Below are positions 1 through 8,905 of a DNA stretch of 64,000 nucleotides, piece by piece. The DNA comes from Escherichia coli. Lineage in GTDB: Bacteria > Pseudomonadota > Gammaproteobacteria > Enterobacterales > Enterobacteriaceae. The notes below the pieces were generated by a model. It did no database searches. It was not told the origin of the DNA and saw only the letters and a list, made by a program, of their open reading frames with translations. The stretch lies in assembly GCF_016903815.1 (NCBI RefSeq), contig NZ_CP069973.1; one strand, given 5' to 3'. The position numbers and the translations under genes are program-made. Positions within the stretch are counted from its first letter, which is position 1, and each line of letters opens with the position of its first letter.

Positions 1-112
1 GTGAAAAAATAGCATGTTTATCCAGTTCAACAGCTCCAACCAAGTTGAAACCGGCTCGAGTTGCCCCTAAGCTTAAACCGCCAACTCCAGAGAATAAATC
101 AACTACATTCAT
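1..112 (-). CDS. DNA (cytosine-5) methyltransferase, N-terminal 37 codons only (gene runs leftward out of the window)
   Basis: Reverse complement of 1..112 reads MNVVDLFSGVGGLSLGATRAGFNLVGAVELDKHAIFS: the FxGxGG AdoMet-binding motif I and the following E-x-D-K motif of C5-MTases. Start codon is complement of 110..112. Confidence 0.6.
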   Translation of the reverse strand, partial: MNVVDLFSGVGGLSLGATRAGFNLVGAVELDKHAIFS

Positions 113-394
113 ATTCAAATAACCATGCTAAAGATTCAACTAACGATCATGTATTCTATCATGACATCAGTCATTGTCTAAAGCCATAGTTGCTTTAAAA
201 GTTGAATCAAACTAACAATCCCTTAATGTGAGAAAGTGATTTTTCGGATGATTAATAGCCACGCTCCAGCCCCCTGAAGTTCCCAATTTGCTGCTGATGG
301 TCATTTTGAAAAACTCAAAGCAAGTGAACGACAGTTACTCTCTCCAAGCTCCGACCATCCAAACGAACAATGTAATCCTATGCAATTATATCAG

Positions 395-2500
395 CTAGCC
401 ACTTATCTTCTCTTGCCGAGTAAACATTGGCAAATAATGCTTTAATGTGTTTCTAAACACTCTGACGACCTCTGGGTCACTCCATTCGATAACACCGTCA
501 TCAACCAGATTAAGCACTGCTGCGGCGTGCTCAGAAGGTGTGGGAGCCGGTAACGAAGTATCACCACCAGTGAGCTTTCCACAGTTATTGACAGGACTCC
601 GAGGCGCGGCGATGCCGCTTTTTAAAGTCAAAGGCTCAACGACCGGAACTTTCGGCACAATGCGCCAGTCCGTCGTTCTGGTGATATGAATATGACGCGC
701 GCCGAGATGCGGCGCGTAAATGCCGACCACTCTCTCGACTTCTTCCTCGTACTCGTTAACGTCATCCGACGGGCTACGGGCAACCCTGACAGTCTGACAA
801 TCGCGCGGGACATTTGCCCCACCCTGCGCGCTGATATACAACGCAAAATCACCACTGTCTGCGGCAGCGCGAGCAGCCTCGACGCGTTCGTCAAACTCAT
901 CAGCAATACTGACGCCGCGAGGCAATTTGCGTAGTTCACGGTAAGCCCCCATTGTCGGCAGTCCAACCGTTTTAAATTGCGGGATGCGCCACGTTGACGC
1001 CCATGCAGTAACAGCCGCGGCAGTATCTTTCAGAGGTCTGCCGGTATCGTTATCGAGCTGACCATCCAGTGCATAGCCGTCGATGTTTTTTGAGATGTAT
1101 TTCGCGATATACCCCGCAGCACCGCCCCGGTTAAGGTGTTTTGCCTGAAAACGGTTTCGCGCGGCTCCTCTTTCGTCGCCATCCTCTTTGAGCGCATAGC
1201 GACGCATGATTTCGATAATCTGGTTACGCTGGCGCGGATTACAAAAAAGCATCATATGCCAGTGCGGCGTTCCGTCGTGGTGTGGCTCGACGACACGCAA
1301 ACCGTAGACCTGTAAATCATTATCCTTGAATGCCGTGCGCATCAGGCTCCAGATACGGCAGAGATAACGCTGCGCATCCTTTGGATTAAATGCCTCATCG
1401 TTCCAGCCGTGATTTAGCTGGACGGTTTTACTTTCGCCTTTTCTGACCTGACGTGTCGGGTGATACTTTGACGGCGCGGTCAGCGTGATAAACATCCCCA
1501 CATCACCCTCTGCTGCGGCGTAACGCTCAATACCGGCAATGGTGTTCATCAGCTCCATCCGGCGAATTTCAGGATTAGAAATACTGCCCATCACCTTACT
1601 GATAAGGTCGATGCGCTCGCCGGTTTCCCTGTTTTCGAGATCACACGATTTAAGAAATTCCAGATTTGCCTGGCGGCGTGCACGCACATCACGAATGGCA
1701 TGTTTACTGGCATAAGGAGAACGGTCTTTATTGACCTCCCCGACAGCAATCAGTAACGCCTCATGCCAGCGCATACGCTGGCCTTTAAGCTGATGAGTCC
1801 ACCACTCATCGTTAAACAGACGGGCAATGGCAGAATATGCCTGCCTCGTGGTCATCTGCCCTTTACGGTATTTTTTCCAGTAGAGAGGGGATATATTGAA
1901 AGCACGTGCAGCGCCAGCAACATGACCATAGAGGTGAGCCTGCGCCTCATCCGTAAACAGCGATTCTTTTTCGCCATGCGCATCCACCCAGGCATCGCTG
2001 AGTTCCTCATACATCATGAAAAGCTGCGATGAGATACGGGCAGCAAACTTTTTCAGCTCCTTGTCATTCATTCCCGGCAGGCGCGCATAGTGGTCACGCT
2101 CTGCCAGAAACAGTAACGACGCGTCGGTGTTCATTTCATGGCGCTGATTCACACGCTCAATGCGCGGCCATAAACGGCGCTGAAAAGTGGATGTGAGGAA
2201 ATAAAACCCGTGCACCGGGCTTTTATTGCGCCGGATGTAGTCATAGCGTGAAGTAAACAGCGAACGCAAAAAGTAAGGCAGGCGGTTAATCGTGGATAAA
2301 ACACCTTGCACCTGACGCATCTCGTCACGTGTAAGGGGTCTTTCGCGCCCGACAGCCTCGCGTGGCGCGCTCCATGCATAAGCACCGGTAAACGTCTTAC
2401 CGGTGCCTGCAGCAAATGCTGACGGAGGGACAAAACGCCCGGAGGCTTTAATGGCCATATGAGCCAAAAGCCTCTGAACAACGCTTGCTGAGTTGCTCAA
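395..2500 (-). CDS. P2 gpA-like replication initiation protein (701 aa)
   Basis: Large ORF at the distal end of the cox-B-A early operon; size and position as for P2 gene A. Confidence 0.7.
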   Translation of the reverse strand: MSNSASVVQRLLAHMAIKASGRFVPPSAFAAGTGKTFTGAYAWSAPREAVGRERPLTRDEMRQVQGVLSTINRLPYFLRSLFTSRYDYIRRNKSPVHGFYFLTSTFQRRLWPRIERVNQRHEMNTDASLLFLAERDHYARLPGMNDKELKKFAARISSQLFMMYEELSDAWVDAHGEKESLFTDEAQAHLYGHVAGAARAFNISPLYWKKYRKGQMTTRQAYSAIARLFNDEWWTHQLKGQRMRWHEALLIAVGEVNKDRSPYASKHAIRDVRARRQANLEFLKSCDLENRETGERIDLISKVMGSISNPEIRRMELMNTIAGIERYAAAEGDVGMFITLTAPSKYHPTRQVRKGESKTVQLNHGWNDEAFNPKDAQRYLCRIWSLMRTAFKDNDLQVYGLRVVEPHHDGTPHWHMMLFCNPRQRNQIIEIMRRYALKEDGDERGAARNRFQAKHLNRGGAAGYIAKYISKNIDGYALDGQLDNDTGRPLKDTAAAVTAWASTWRIPQFKTVGLPTMGAYRELRKLPRGVSIADEFDERVEAARAAADSGDFALYISAQGGANVPRDCQTVRVARSPSDDVNEYEEEVERVVGIYAPHLGARHIHITRTTDWRIVPKVPVVEPLTLKSGIAAPRSPVNNCGKLTGGDTSLPAPTPSEHAAAVLNLVDDGVIEWSDPEVVRVFRNTLKHYLPMFTRQEKISG

Positions 2501-2723
2501 CCTGCGCGTTTAAATCAGCAAAAGACTTTGCGCTTCCGGTCAGAATATCGTGATGCATCAGGCCGGAAACGAGCTGGCTTAATTTCGGGTAATAACCAAC
2601 CACCGCCAGCCACTCCTGACCGGCGTTTTTACCGCTTTCCGCTCTCTTTTTCTCATGGAGAATAAACTGAAAGCTGTCACTGGTAACGACATAACGTTCG
2701 CCAATTTCTATACGAATGCTCAT
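2448..2723 (-). CDS. Hypothetical phage early protein (orf83 position)
   Basis: 91-aa ORF in the early operon, overlapping the A start; no recognisable motif. Confidence 0.4.
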   Translation of the reverse strand: MSIRIEIGERYVVTSDSFQFILHEKKRAESGKNAGQEWLAVVGYYPKLSQLVSGLMHHDILTGSAKSFADLNAQVEQLSKRCSEAFGSYGH

Positions 2724-2944
2724 GCCATTCTCCGGTAATGTTTGTTTTTTGCTTCAAAGACTGACTGACAGGAAACACAACGCGTGGCTGACGGATAAGC
2801 CGCACGACGGGCAGCAGGTATTGGCACGTCACACTCTTCACAAACCAGCGCAGAAGCACCGCAATGTTTTACCCTTGCCGCGTTAATCTGGCGCTCCAGT
2901 AATTCAGCCTGCTGTTCCTGAATAAAATCCACGTTGTCCGGCAT
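2720..2944 (-). CDS. TraR/DksA-type C4 zinc-finger protein (orf82 position)
   Basis: 74 aa with CEECDVPIP...ATRCVSCQ, two CxxC pairs typical of phage TraR/DksA-like proteins. Confidence 0.55.
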   Translation of the reverse strand: MPDNVDFIQEQQAELLERQINAARVKHCGASALVCEECDVPIPAARRAAYPSATRCVSCQSVFEAKNKHYRRMA

Positions 2945-3249
2945 TACCAGCTCCTTTTGTCGTTCAGCTTCTTAAATTCATCAGCGCAATAGCTGGCGAT
3001 TTCTGTCGTTAATTTCGTCAGTTCATCCACGGAGGAGATTTGCTTATGAAATACAGCGCGTTTAACAAGTAAATTGACCACATCAGACAGGAGGTTTAAT
3101 TCGTTCTGATAAATCGCGATAACAGATTCAGTTATTTCGCGTTTTTCTTTATCAAGACCAAGTTGAATAAGAGACAAATCGCCATTTTTCATAACGGCGA
3201 TTTTTAAGGCATTGTTCAGTAATACAACTGAATGAGAACAGGACATCAA
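2944..3249 (-). CDS. Hypothetical phage early protein (orf81 position)
   Basis: 101-aa ORF, start overlaps stop of the upstream ORF. Confidence 0.4.
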   Translation of the reverse strand: MMSCSHSVVLLNNALKIAVMKNGDLSLIQLGLDKEKREITESVIAIYQNELNLLSDVVNLLVKRAVFHKQISSVDELTKLTTEIASYCADEFKKLNDKRSW

Positions 3250-3503
3250 AGCACCTCCCCGCGAGACAACCCGATATTGTGAAATTTTTCCGACTCCTGA
3301 CTGAGCAGCTCGACTATCTCCACGCGGGATAACTCCGCCTTTGTGATATGGCGAATCATGGCGTCAAGATGAGAAGAAAAGCGCGTCGCTGCGTCGGCCT
3401 GTGCTTCGGTTCTGGCCTGTTGCAGCAGTAATGCGTATTTACCGCACTGATTTTCAGAAACTGTATGCATGACTTTCTCCAGGCAAAAAGAAGCCCCGCA
3501 CAA
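3246..3503 (-). CDS. Hypothetical phage early protein (orf80 position)
   Basis: 85-aa ORF, 4-nt overlap with the next ORF. Confidence 0.4.
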   Translation of the reverse strand: MCGASFCLEKVMHTVSENQCGKYALLLQQARTEAQADAATRFSSHLDAMIRHITKAELSRVEIVELLSQESEKFHNIGLSRGEVL

Positions 3504-3533
3504 TTAAGTGCGTTAAAAACTCTGGTTAATTAC

Positions 3534-4034
3534 TTAATGCAGATATTGCTCTGGTTTTACCGATGTCAGAATTGTCGGTGCATACTCAAACAGACTGAAT
3601 AATTCACGTAATGCACGGAATAAAGCTTCACGCCAGTAACATGATTCTTCATTAATTCGCCAGTATGGCTGGTTAAATTCTTTTTCTGTCAGTCGTGCGT
3701 GCATAAATAAAGTGCGGCGCTGACTGACAGTTAAAAAGCTAATATATGCATACTCACTTGCACCGACCTGACGGCGTTTTGAGAATGCCCCACGCAATTC
3801 ATCAATTGCACAAACCAGCCGTTCACGTTCGACGTCGTTCATTTCTTCAAAACGCATCGTTGCGTGACGTTGTTTTAACTGCGCATGAAAGCAAACTGTT
3901 AGCCGTTCGCGCTCCATCATCTGATTATAATAATCACATGTCTCCTGCCAGCGAGGAACGGCAAGATGCTTACCAATTATCCGGCGCATAGTTGCTGGCT
4001 GTTTTTCAACGAGATTGAGCGTCATCACTGTCAT
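3534..4034 (-). CDS. P2 gpB-like replication protein (166 aa)
   Basis: Exact size and position of P2 gene B between orf78-like and orf80-like. Confidence 0.6.
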   Translation of the reverse strand: MTVMTLNLVEKQPATMRRIIGKHLAVPRWQETCDYYNQMMERERLTVCFHAQLKQRHATMRFEEMNDVERERLVCAIDELRGAFSKRRQVGASEYAYISFLTVSQRRTLFMHARLTEKEFNQPYWRINEESCYWREALFRALRELFSLFEYAPTILTSVKPEQYLH

Positions 4035-4225
4035 TTCCAGCCCCTCCGGCTTTTCAGAAAGGTCAGAGCCTTCTTTAACGGACTCTGTTTTTTGGTGCGG
4101 ATAATGATTCCCTTGCGTCCCTTCCCGTGGGTGATGGTGAAGTCAATCGCCCTGGGGCTTTCGTTACGCAATAACTGAGCAATACAACGAGGCTCATTCA
4201 TACGGTTCTCCTTAACGTGGTTCAC
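4031..4225 (-). CDS. Small phage early protein (orf78 position)
   Basis: 64-aa ORF (56 aa from an internal Met) between cox and B. Confidence 0.35.
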   Translation of the reverse strand: MNHVKENRMNEPRCIAQLLRNESPRAIDFTITHGKGRKGIIIRTKKQSPLKKALTFLKSRRGWK

Positions 4226-4487
4226 CGAGACCTAACCACATCAACCAGCCGTCACGAATCTCTTTAGGACGGCTTTCATAAGCCAGTTTTAGTCCGTTAT
4301 TCCATGCCGGAATGTATACCCAATATTCACCAGCACGCCCCGATACTGACTGAGGGTCAGTAATCTCAATAACTGGTAATTTCCCTTTCTCAATCATGCC
4401 CCTTACAGCTCTTGGAGTTTTACCAATGAGTTTTGCAAACTCCTGATAAGGCACGGCATCAGTCACGCTTACAAGCTGTCTATTCAT
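4212..4487 (-). CDS. cox: Cox-like excisionase / transcriptional regulator (91 aa)
   Basis: First gene of the leftward early operon, divergent from the C repressor; 91 aa as for P2 Cox. Confidence 0.6.
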   Translation of the reverse strand: MNRQLVSVTDAVPYQEFAKLIGKTPRAVRGMIEKGKLPVIEITDPQSVSGRAGEYWVYIPAWNNGLKLAYESRPKEIRDGWLMWLGLGEPR

Positions 4488-4608
4488 CTGCTACGATTCT
4501 CCCTTAGTGCTTCTAATGGCTCCTAATGGCTAATTATTGCCTAAAAGGATAACTCCAGAAGCACAACATTTCACACCATCAGCAAGAAATTACGCAATCG
4601 GAGTAATT
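4488..4608. promoter_or_regulatory. Divergent early/repressor promoter region (lysis-lysogeny switch) with direct-repeat operator candidate
   Basis: 121-nt gap between divergent cox and C; direct repeat CTAATGGC at 4513..4520 and 4523..4530, one helical turn apart. Confidence 0.45.
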
Positions 4609-4908
4609 ATGTCAATAGACGTTTCGGAGAAGTTGAAGCTAATCCGTGAATCTGAAAGGTTAAACCGTAAAGAATTCAGTGAATTAACTGGTGTAGCCTA
4701 CAGCTCACTTTCGAGCTATGAGAGCCGGTCAAAAAACGCTGGAGTTGAAGCCATAATGAAGGTCTTACAACATCCCAGATTTACTAAATATACTTTGTGG
4801 TTCATGACTGATCAGGTAGCTCCAGAAGCCGGGCAAATTGCGCCCGCTCTCGCACACTTTGGGCAAAACGAAACAACGTCGCCCCACTCCGGTCAAAAGA
4901 CTGGTTAA
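4609..4908 (+). CDS. C: C-type immunity repressor (99 aa from internal Met; track ORF starts at 4537)
   Basis: MSIDVSEKLKLIRESERLNRKEFSELTGVAYSSLSSYE has an HTH-like segment; size and position as P2 C immediately upstream of int. Confidence 0.6.
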   Translation: MSIDVSEKLKLIRESERLNRKEFSELTGVAYSSLSSYESRSKNAGVEAIMKVLQHPRFTKYTLWFMTDQVAPEAGQIAPALAHFGQNETTSPHSGQKTG

Positions 4909-5023
4909 CAATTTATCGTGAATATATTCATCACAAGTGCCTACTATTGGTGGCTAAATTTCAGCCACCACGAAAAAAGCGATTAGTAGTAGCAAAAAAA
5001 AGTACCACTCGGAGGGTTTTCTG

Positions 5024-6037
5024 ATGGCAATCAAAAAACTCGATGATGGTCGATATGAAGTGGACATTCGCCCTACTGGACGTAACGGAAAACGCATCCG
5101 TAGGAAGTTTGATAAGAAAAGCGAAGCTGTCGCTTTCGAAAAATACACGTTGTACAACCACCACAATAAAGAATGGCTATCAAAACCAACAGACAAACGA
5201 CGTCTGTCGGAACTGACACAGATCTGGTGGGATTTAAAGGGTAAACACGAAGAGCATGGGAAATCTAATCTTGGAAAAATTGAAATCTTCACAAAAATAA
5301 CGAATGACCCATGCGCATTTCAAATCACGAAATCCCTTATCAGCCAGTACTGCGCCACCCGAAGAAGTCAGGGTATTAAACCTTCGAGTATCAATCGTGA
5401 TTTAACATGTATTAGCGGCATGTTTACAGCCCTGATTGAAGCGGAGTTATTCTTTGGTGAGCACCCTATCAGAGGGACAAAGAGGCTTAAGGAGGAAAAA
5501 CCAGAAACAGGCTATCTCACACAGGAAGAAATTGCCTTACTGCTTGCAGCACTTGACGGCGACAATAAAAAGATTGCGATTCTTTGCCTGAGTACAGGAG
5601 CACGTTGGGGAGAAGCAGCTCGTTTGAAAGCAGAAAATATCATCCATAACCGCGTCACGTTTGTTAAAACGAAAACAAACAAACCACGCACCGTCCCGAT
5701 CTCAGAGGCTGTTGCCAAAATGATCGCGGATAACAAACGAGGTTTTTTATTCCCTGATGCTGATTACCCTCGCTTCAGACGAACAATGAAAGCAATAAAA
5801 CCGGATTTGCCAACGGGGCAAGCCACACATGCACTAAGGCACAGCTTTGCCACTCATTTCATGATTAATGGAGGAAGTATTATCACGCTACAACGGATAC
5901 TAGGTCACACGCGGATTGAGCAAACTATGGTTTACGCTCATTTTGCGCCAGAGTACCTTCAGGACGCCATTTCTCTTAATCCGCTAAGAGGTGGTACTGA
6001 AGCCGAGAGTGTCCACACAGTGTCCACAGTAGAGTAA
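5024..6037 (+). CDS. int: Tyrosine recombinase, P2-type integrase (337 aa)
   Basis: C-terminal HALRHSFATHF...LGHTRIEQTMVYAHF carries the R/H-x-x-R/Y catalytic signature; 337 aa as P2 Int. Confidence 0.9.
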   Translation: MAIKKLDDGRYEVDIRPTGRNGKRIRRKFDKKSEAVAFEKYTLYNHHNKEWLSKPTDKRRLSELTQIWWDLKGKHEEHGKSNLGKIEIFTKITNDPCAFQITKSLISQYCATRRSQGIKPSSINRDLTCISGMFTALIEAELFFGEHPIRGTKRLKEEKPETGYLTQEEIALLLAALDGDNKKIAILCLSTGARWGEAARLKAENIIHNRVTFVKTKTNKPRTVPISEAVAKMIADNKRGFLFPDADYPRFRRTMKAIKPDLPTGQATHALRHSFATHFMINGGSIITLQRILGHTRIEQTMVYAHFAPEYLQDAISLNPLRGGTEAESVHTVSTVE

Positions 6038-6116
6038 CGTTTAAGGGCTTTCAGTGGTAATTTATGCCGCTCAAACCCGCATTGTACCGTTGAAAGCCCC
6101 TACTGGTGACACCCTA

Positions 6117-6143
6117 AATCTCCCTTACACGGGCTTATTTTTT
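6117..6143. other. Putative P2-type attachment site core (prophage/host junction)
   Basis: AATCTCCCTTACACGGGCTTATTTTTT is the reverse complement of the 27-bp P2 att core as I recall it (AAAAAATAAGCCCGTGTAAGGGAGATT); 80 nt past the int stop. Confidence 0.55.
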
Positions 6144-6313
6144 GTGCATAAACCATAGAGACGGATTGATCCCAGGTGACCGTCTTCCATTGACCACATC
6201 GATAGAATCTCCCTTCATAGCACGATGCCTTTCACGTAACGGCATCGTGCTCGCACAGGTTCCGGCTAAGCACAACCAGAACGCGCATGTTTGACGCTTA
6301 CCAAAAAATATTC

Positions 6314-6631
6314 TCACTCTCCACATTTGAATGTCAGACGAGCGACGCCATGTAATCCTGCACCTTCTGTCTTCAGGTCAACTATCTGCATTTTTTTGCC
6401 CTGAGTAACACAGAAATGAGCTGCATCATTTTTTACTATATTTTCTGCACCAGATATTCTGCCCCTGGCTAAAGAAGCTTCGGCTTCGGTGTAGTATTGG
6501 TTATCGAGTTTACGCTGAATATTACTTTTATATGCAAGACCAAATTTACCGATACTTGTCTCATCATTATGTACAGCACACCCAGACATAAGAAAAACAC
6601 TAATTAATGATATAGCAGCTATCTTTTTCAT
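6314..6631 (-). CDS. yegR: Small lipoprotein YegR (105 aa)
   Basis: MKKIAAISLISVFLMSGC signal peptide with lipobox; track ORF extends to 6691. Confidence 0.7.
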   Translation of the reverse strand: MKKIAAISLISVFLMSGCAVHNDETSIGKFGLAYKSNIQRKLDNQYYTEAEASLARGRISGAENIVKNDAAHFCVTQGKKMQIVDLKTEGAGLHGVARLTFKCGE

Positions 6632-7045
6632 CTTACCTTCCCCCATTAAATACCAACGACACGCTCTGGTGTTAAAATATAATAATGGCATGATTATTAT
6701 AATTGAATAGGATTATAATAAATGTTCTGTACAACATTTCCTACATAAGTAGGAATTACAAACATGAAGCCCTGCCCAGGTATCCCCATGAGGGCTTTAA
6801 TATATTTAGAATAAGATAGTGAAGATGCCACTGTTTAGTTGAATATTAGGTATATGCTCTTTTTTGAAATTTACCGGTGGCTACCGTTAACATTCACTGT
6901 CCCCATTGCAAGCTCCTGGTGGTAACCACTGAATCCTCCATACTTGAACTGATTTTTTATCCTCCGACTTTCATCCTGTTCTGACTCCACCTTTTCTTTT
7001 CTGCTCTACACTATCTACAGACCAATCATAAAGGCACATACGATC

Positions 7046-7945
7046 ATGGCAGAATTTCCCGCCAGCTTACTGATTCTTAATGGCAAAAGTACTGACAATT
7101 TACCATTGCGCGAAGCAATTATGCTGTTGCGTGAGGAAGGAATGACGATCCATGTGCGGGTCACCTGGGAGAAAGGCGATGCCGCACGATATGTAGAGGA
7201 GGCCCGGAAGTTGGGCGTCGCAACGGTGATTGCCGGTGGTGGCGATGGCACCATTAATGAAGTTTCTACGGCGTTGATTCAGTGTGAGGGGGATGACATA
7301 CCCGCGCTAGGAATTTTGCCATTAGGAACCGCCAATGATTTTGCCACCAGTGTAAGGATTCCTGAGGCACTGGATAAGGCGCTGAAACTGGCAATTGCCG
7401 GTGACGCCATTGCGATAGATATGGCGCAGGTCAACAAACAAACCTGTTTTATTAATATGGCGACAGGCGGATTTGGGACGCGTATTACCACAGAAACGCC
7501 GGAAAAATTAAAAGCCGCGCTGGGTGGCGTCTCTTACATCATTCATGGCTTAATGCGCATGGATACTCTGCAACCGGACCGTTGTGAGATCCGCGGTGAA
7601 AACTTTCACTGGCAAGGTGACGCCCTGGTCATTGGTATTGGTAACGGGCGTCAGGCCGGTGGCGGTCAGCAATTGTGCCCGAACGCGTTAATTAACGATG
7701 GCTTGCTGCAACTGCGCATTTTTACCGGCGATGAAATTCTTCCGGCTCTCGTATCAACATTAAAATCTGACGAAGATAACCCGAATATTATCGAAGGCGC
7801 TTCGTCGTGGTTTGATATACAAGCCCCACACGAAATCACTTTTAATCTTGATGGCGAACCGTTGAGCGGACAAAACTTTCATATTGAAATACTTCCGGCG
7901 GCGTTGCGTTGTCGATTACCACCAGATTGCCCATTGTTGCGTTAA
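7046..7945 (+). CDS. yegS: Lipid kinase YegS (DAGK-like)
   Basis: 299 aa with GGDGT motif of the diacylglycerol-kinase catalytic fold. Confidence 0.85.
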   Translation: MAEFPASLLILNGKSTDNLPLREAIMLLREEGMTIHVRVTWEKGDAARYVEEARKLGVATVIAGGGDGTINEVSTALIQCEGDDIPALGILPLGTANDFATSVRIPEALDKALKLAIAGDAIAIDMAQVNKQTCFINMATGGFGTRITTETPEKLKAALGGVSYIIHGLMRMDTLQPDRCEIRGENFHWQGDALVIGIGNGRQAGGGQQLCPNALINDGLLQLRIFTGDEILPALVSTLKSDEDNPNIIEGASSWFDIQAPHEITFNLDGEPLSGQNFHIEILPAALRCRLPPDCPLLR

Positions 7946-7981
7946 TCACACTATTCTCTCTTGAACCAGGGAGAATCCGTA

Positions 7982-8014
7982 ATGCCGGATGCGGTGTAAA
8001 AACTTTATCCGGCA
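7982..8014. repeat. REP-like palindrome / bidirectional terminator between yegS and gatR
   Basis: ATGCCGGAT...ATCCGGCAT perfect 9-bp inverted repeat of the GCCGGATG REP type. Confidence 0.4.
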
Positions 8015-8026
8015 TACAGAGCAATA

Positions 8027-8806
8027 CTACACCGTAATTAATTTCACCCGTGTCTTCTGCAATGCCAGTTTATCCACCTCTGACACGGCATCATCGGTAA
8101 TAATAATGTCAATTTTTTCGATTGGCAGTACCTGATTAAAACCGCGACGATTAAATTTCGATGAATCGAGAACGGCAATCACTTTATTTGCGGCTGTAAC
8201 CATCGCCCCGCTAATCGAATAACCTTCATTAAAGGTCGTAATACCATTAACCGCATCAATACCATCAGCACCGACAAACATTAAATCGGCATTAATATCC
8301 TGCAATGAACGCTCGGCAATGGAACCATGCATCGAGCGTGTTTTATGGCGGACGGTCCCACCACAGACGACCAGAGTAATGTCTTTATTTTCGGAAAGGG
8401 CAAATGCTGCCGGGAGACTGTTGGTAATCACCGTGATATTTTTGGCGGTCATTAATCCTTCGGCGATAAGCATTGTCGTACTTCCGCTGTCGAGAATAAC
8501 GGTCATCCCTTCGTGGATCATTTTGACTGCCGCCTGCGCTATTCTGTTTTTTGGCGCGCTGGCGAGCTGAAATCGCTCTTTAAACCCAACTTCCTGGGTC
8601 TCGGTTTCACTATTACCGGACATTATTTTCGCCGCACCGCCATGAAAGCGCGTAACCACGCCTTTTTGTTCGAGAAAGCGCAAATCGGCACGGATTGTCG
8701 CTTCCGAGGCAGCAAATACTCCCGCCAGATCCTGAACAAGCACGGTTCCCTGTTCATTCACTAATTGGATGATCTTATTCCTTCGCTCGAATGAATTCAT
8801 CGTCAT
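8027..8806 (-). CDS. gatR: DeoR-family repressor of the galactitol operon, intact
   Basis: 259-aa DeoR-type ORF adjacent to gatD; uninterrupted. Confidence 0.8.
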   Translation of the reverse strand: MTMNSFERRNKIIQLVNEQGTVLVQDLAGVFAASEATIRADLRFLEQKGVVTRFHGGAAKIMSGNSETETQEVGFKERFQLASAPKNRIAQAAVKMIHEGMTVILDSGSTTMLIAEGLMTAKNITVITNSLPAAFALSENKDITLVVCGGTVRHKTRSMHGSIAERSLQDINADLMFVGADGIDAVNGITTFNEGYSISGAMVTAANKVIAVLDSSKFNRRGFNQVLPIEKIDIIITDDAVSEVDKLALQKTRVKLITV

Positions 8807-8905
8807 TTACCCATATTCAATTGTGGCTAGTGTAAACGAAGGGGGACCATTGGTGAATGATCTGTTTTGCACAATACCGGGCCAGCATCACGCTGGCCCG
8901 CGGTT

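Larger units (their letters stand above)
1..6143. mobile_element. P2-like prophage, int-proximal arm (continues beyond window start)
   Basis: Gene order and sizes match P2 early region: A, orf83/82/81/80-like, B (166 aa), orf78-like, cox (91 aa) leftward; C (99 aa) and int (337 aa) rightward; putative att core at 6117..6143. Confidence 0.8.

Noticed and set aside
6767-6797. Hairpin (AAGCCCT...AGGGCTT) in the yegR-yegS intergenic region as terminator or sRNA
   Set aside because: 17-nt loop, no adjacent T-tract, and it lies upstream of both divergent genes, so an intrinsic terminator role is unlikely; not enough evidence for an sRNA.
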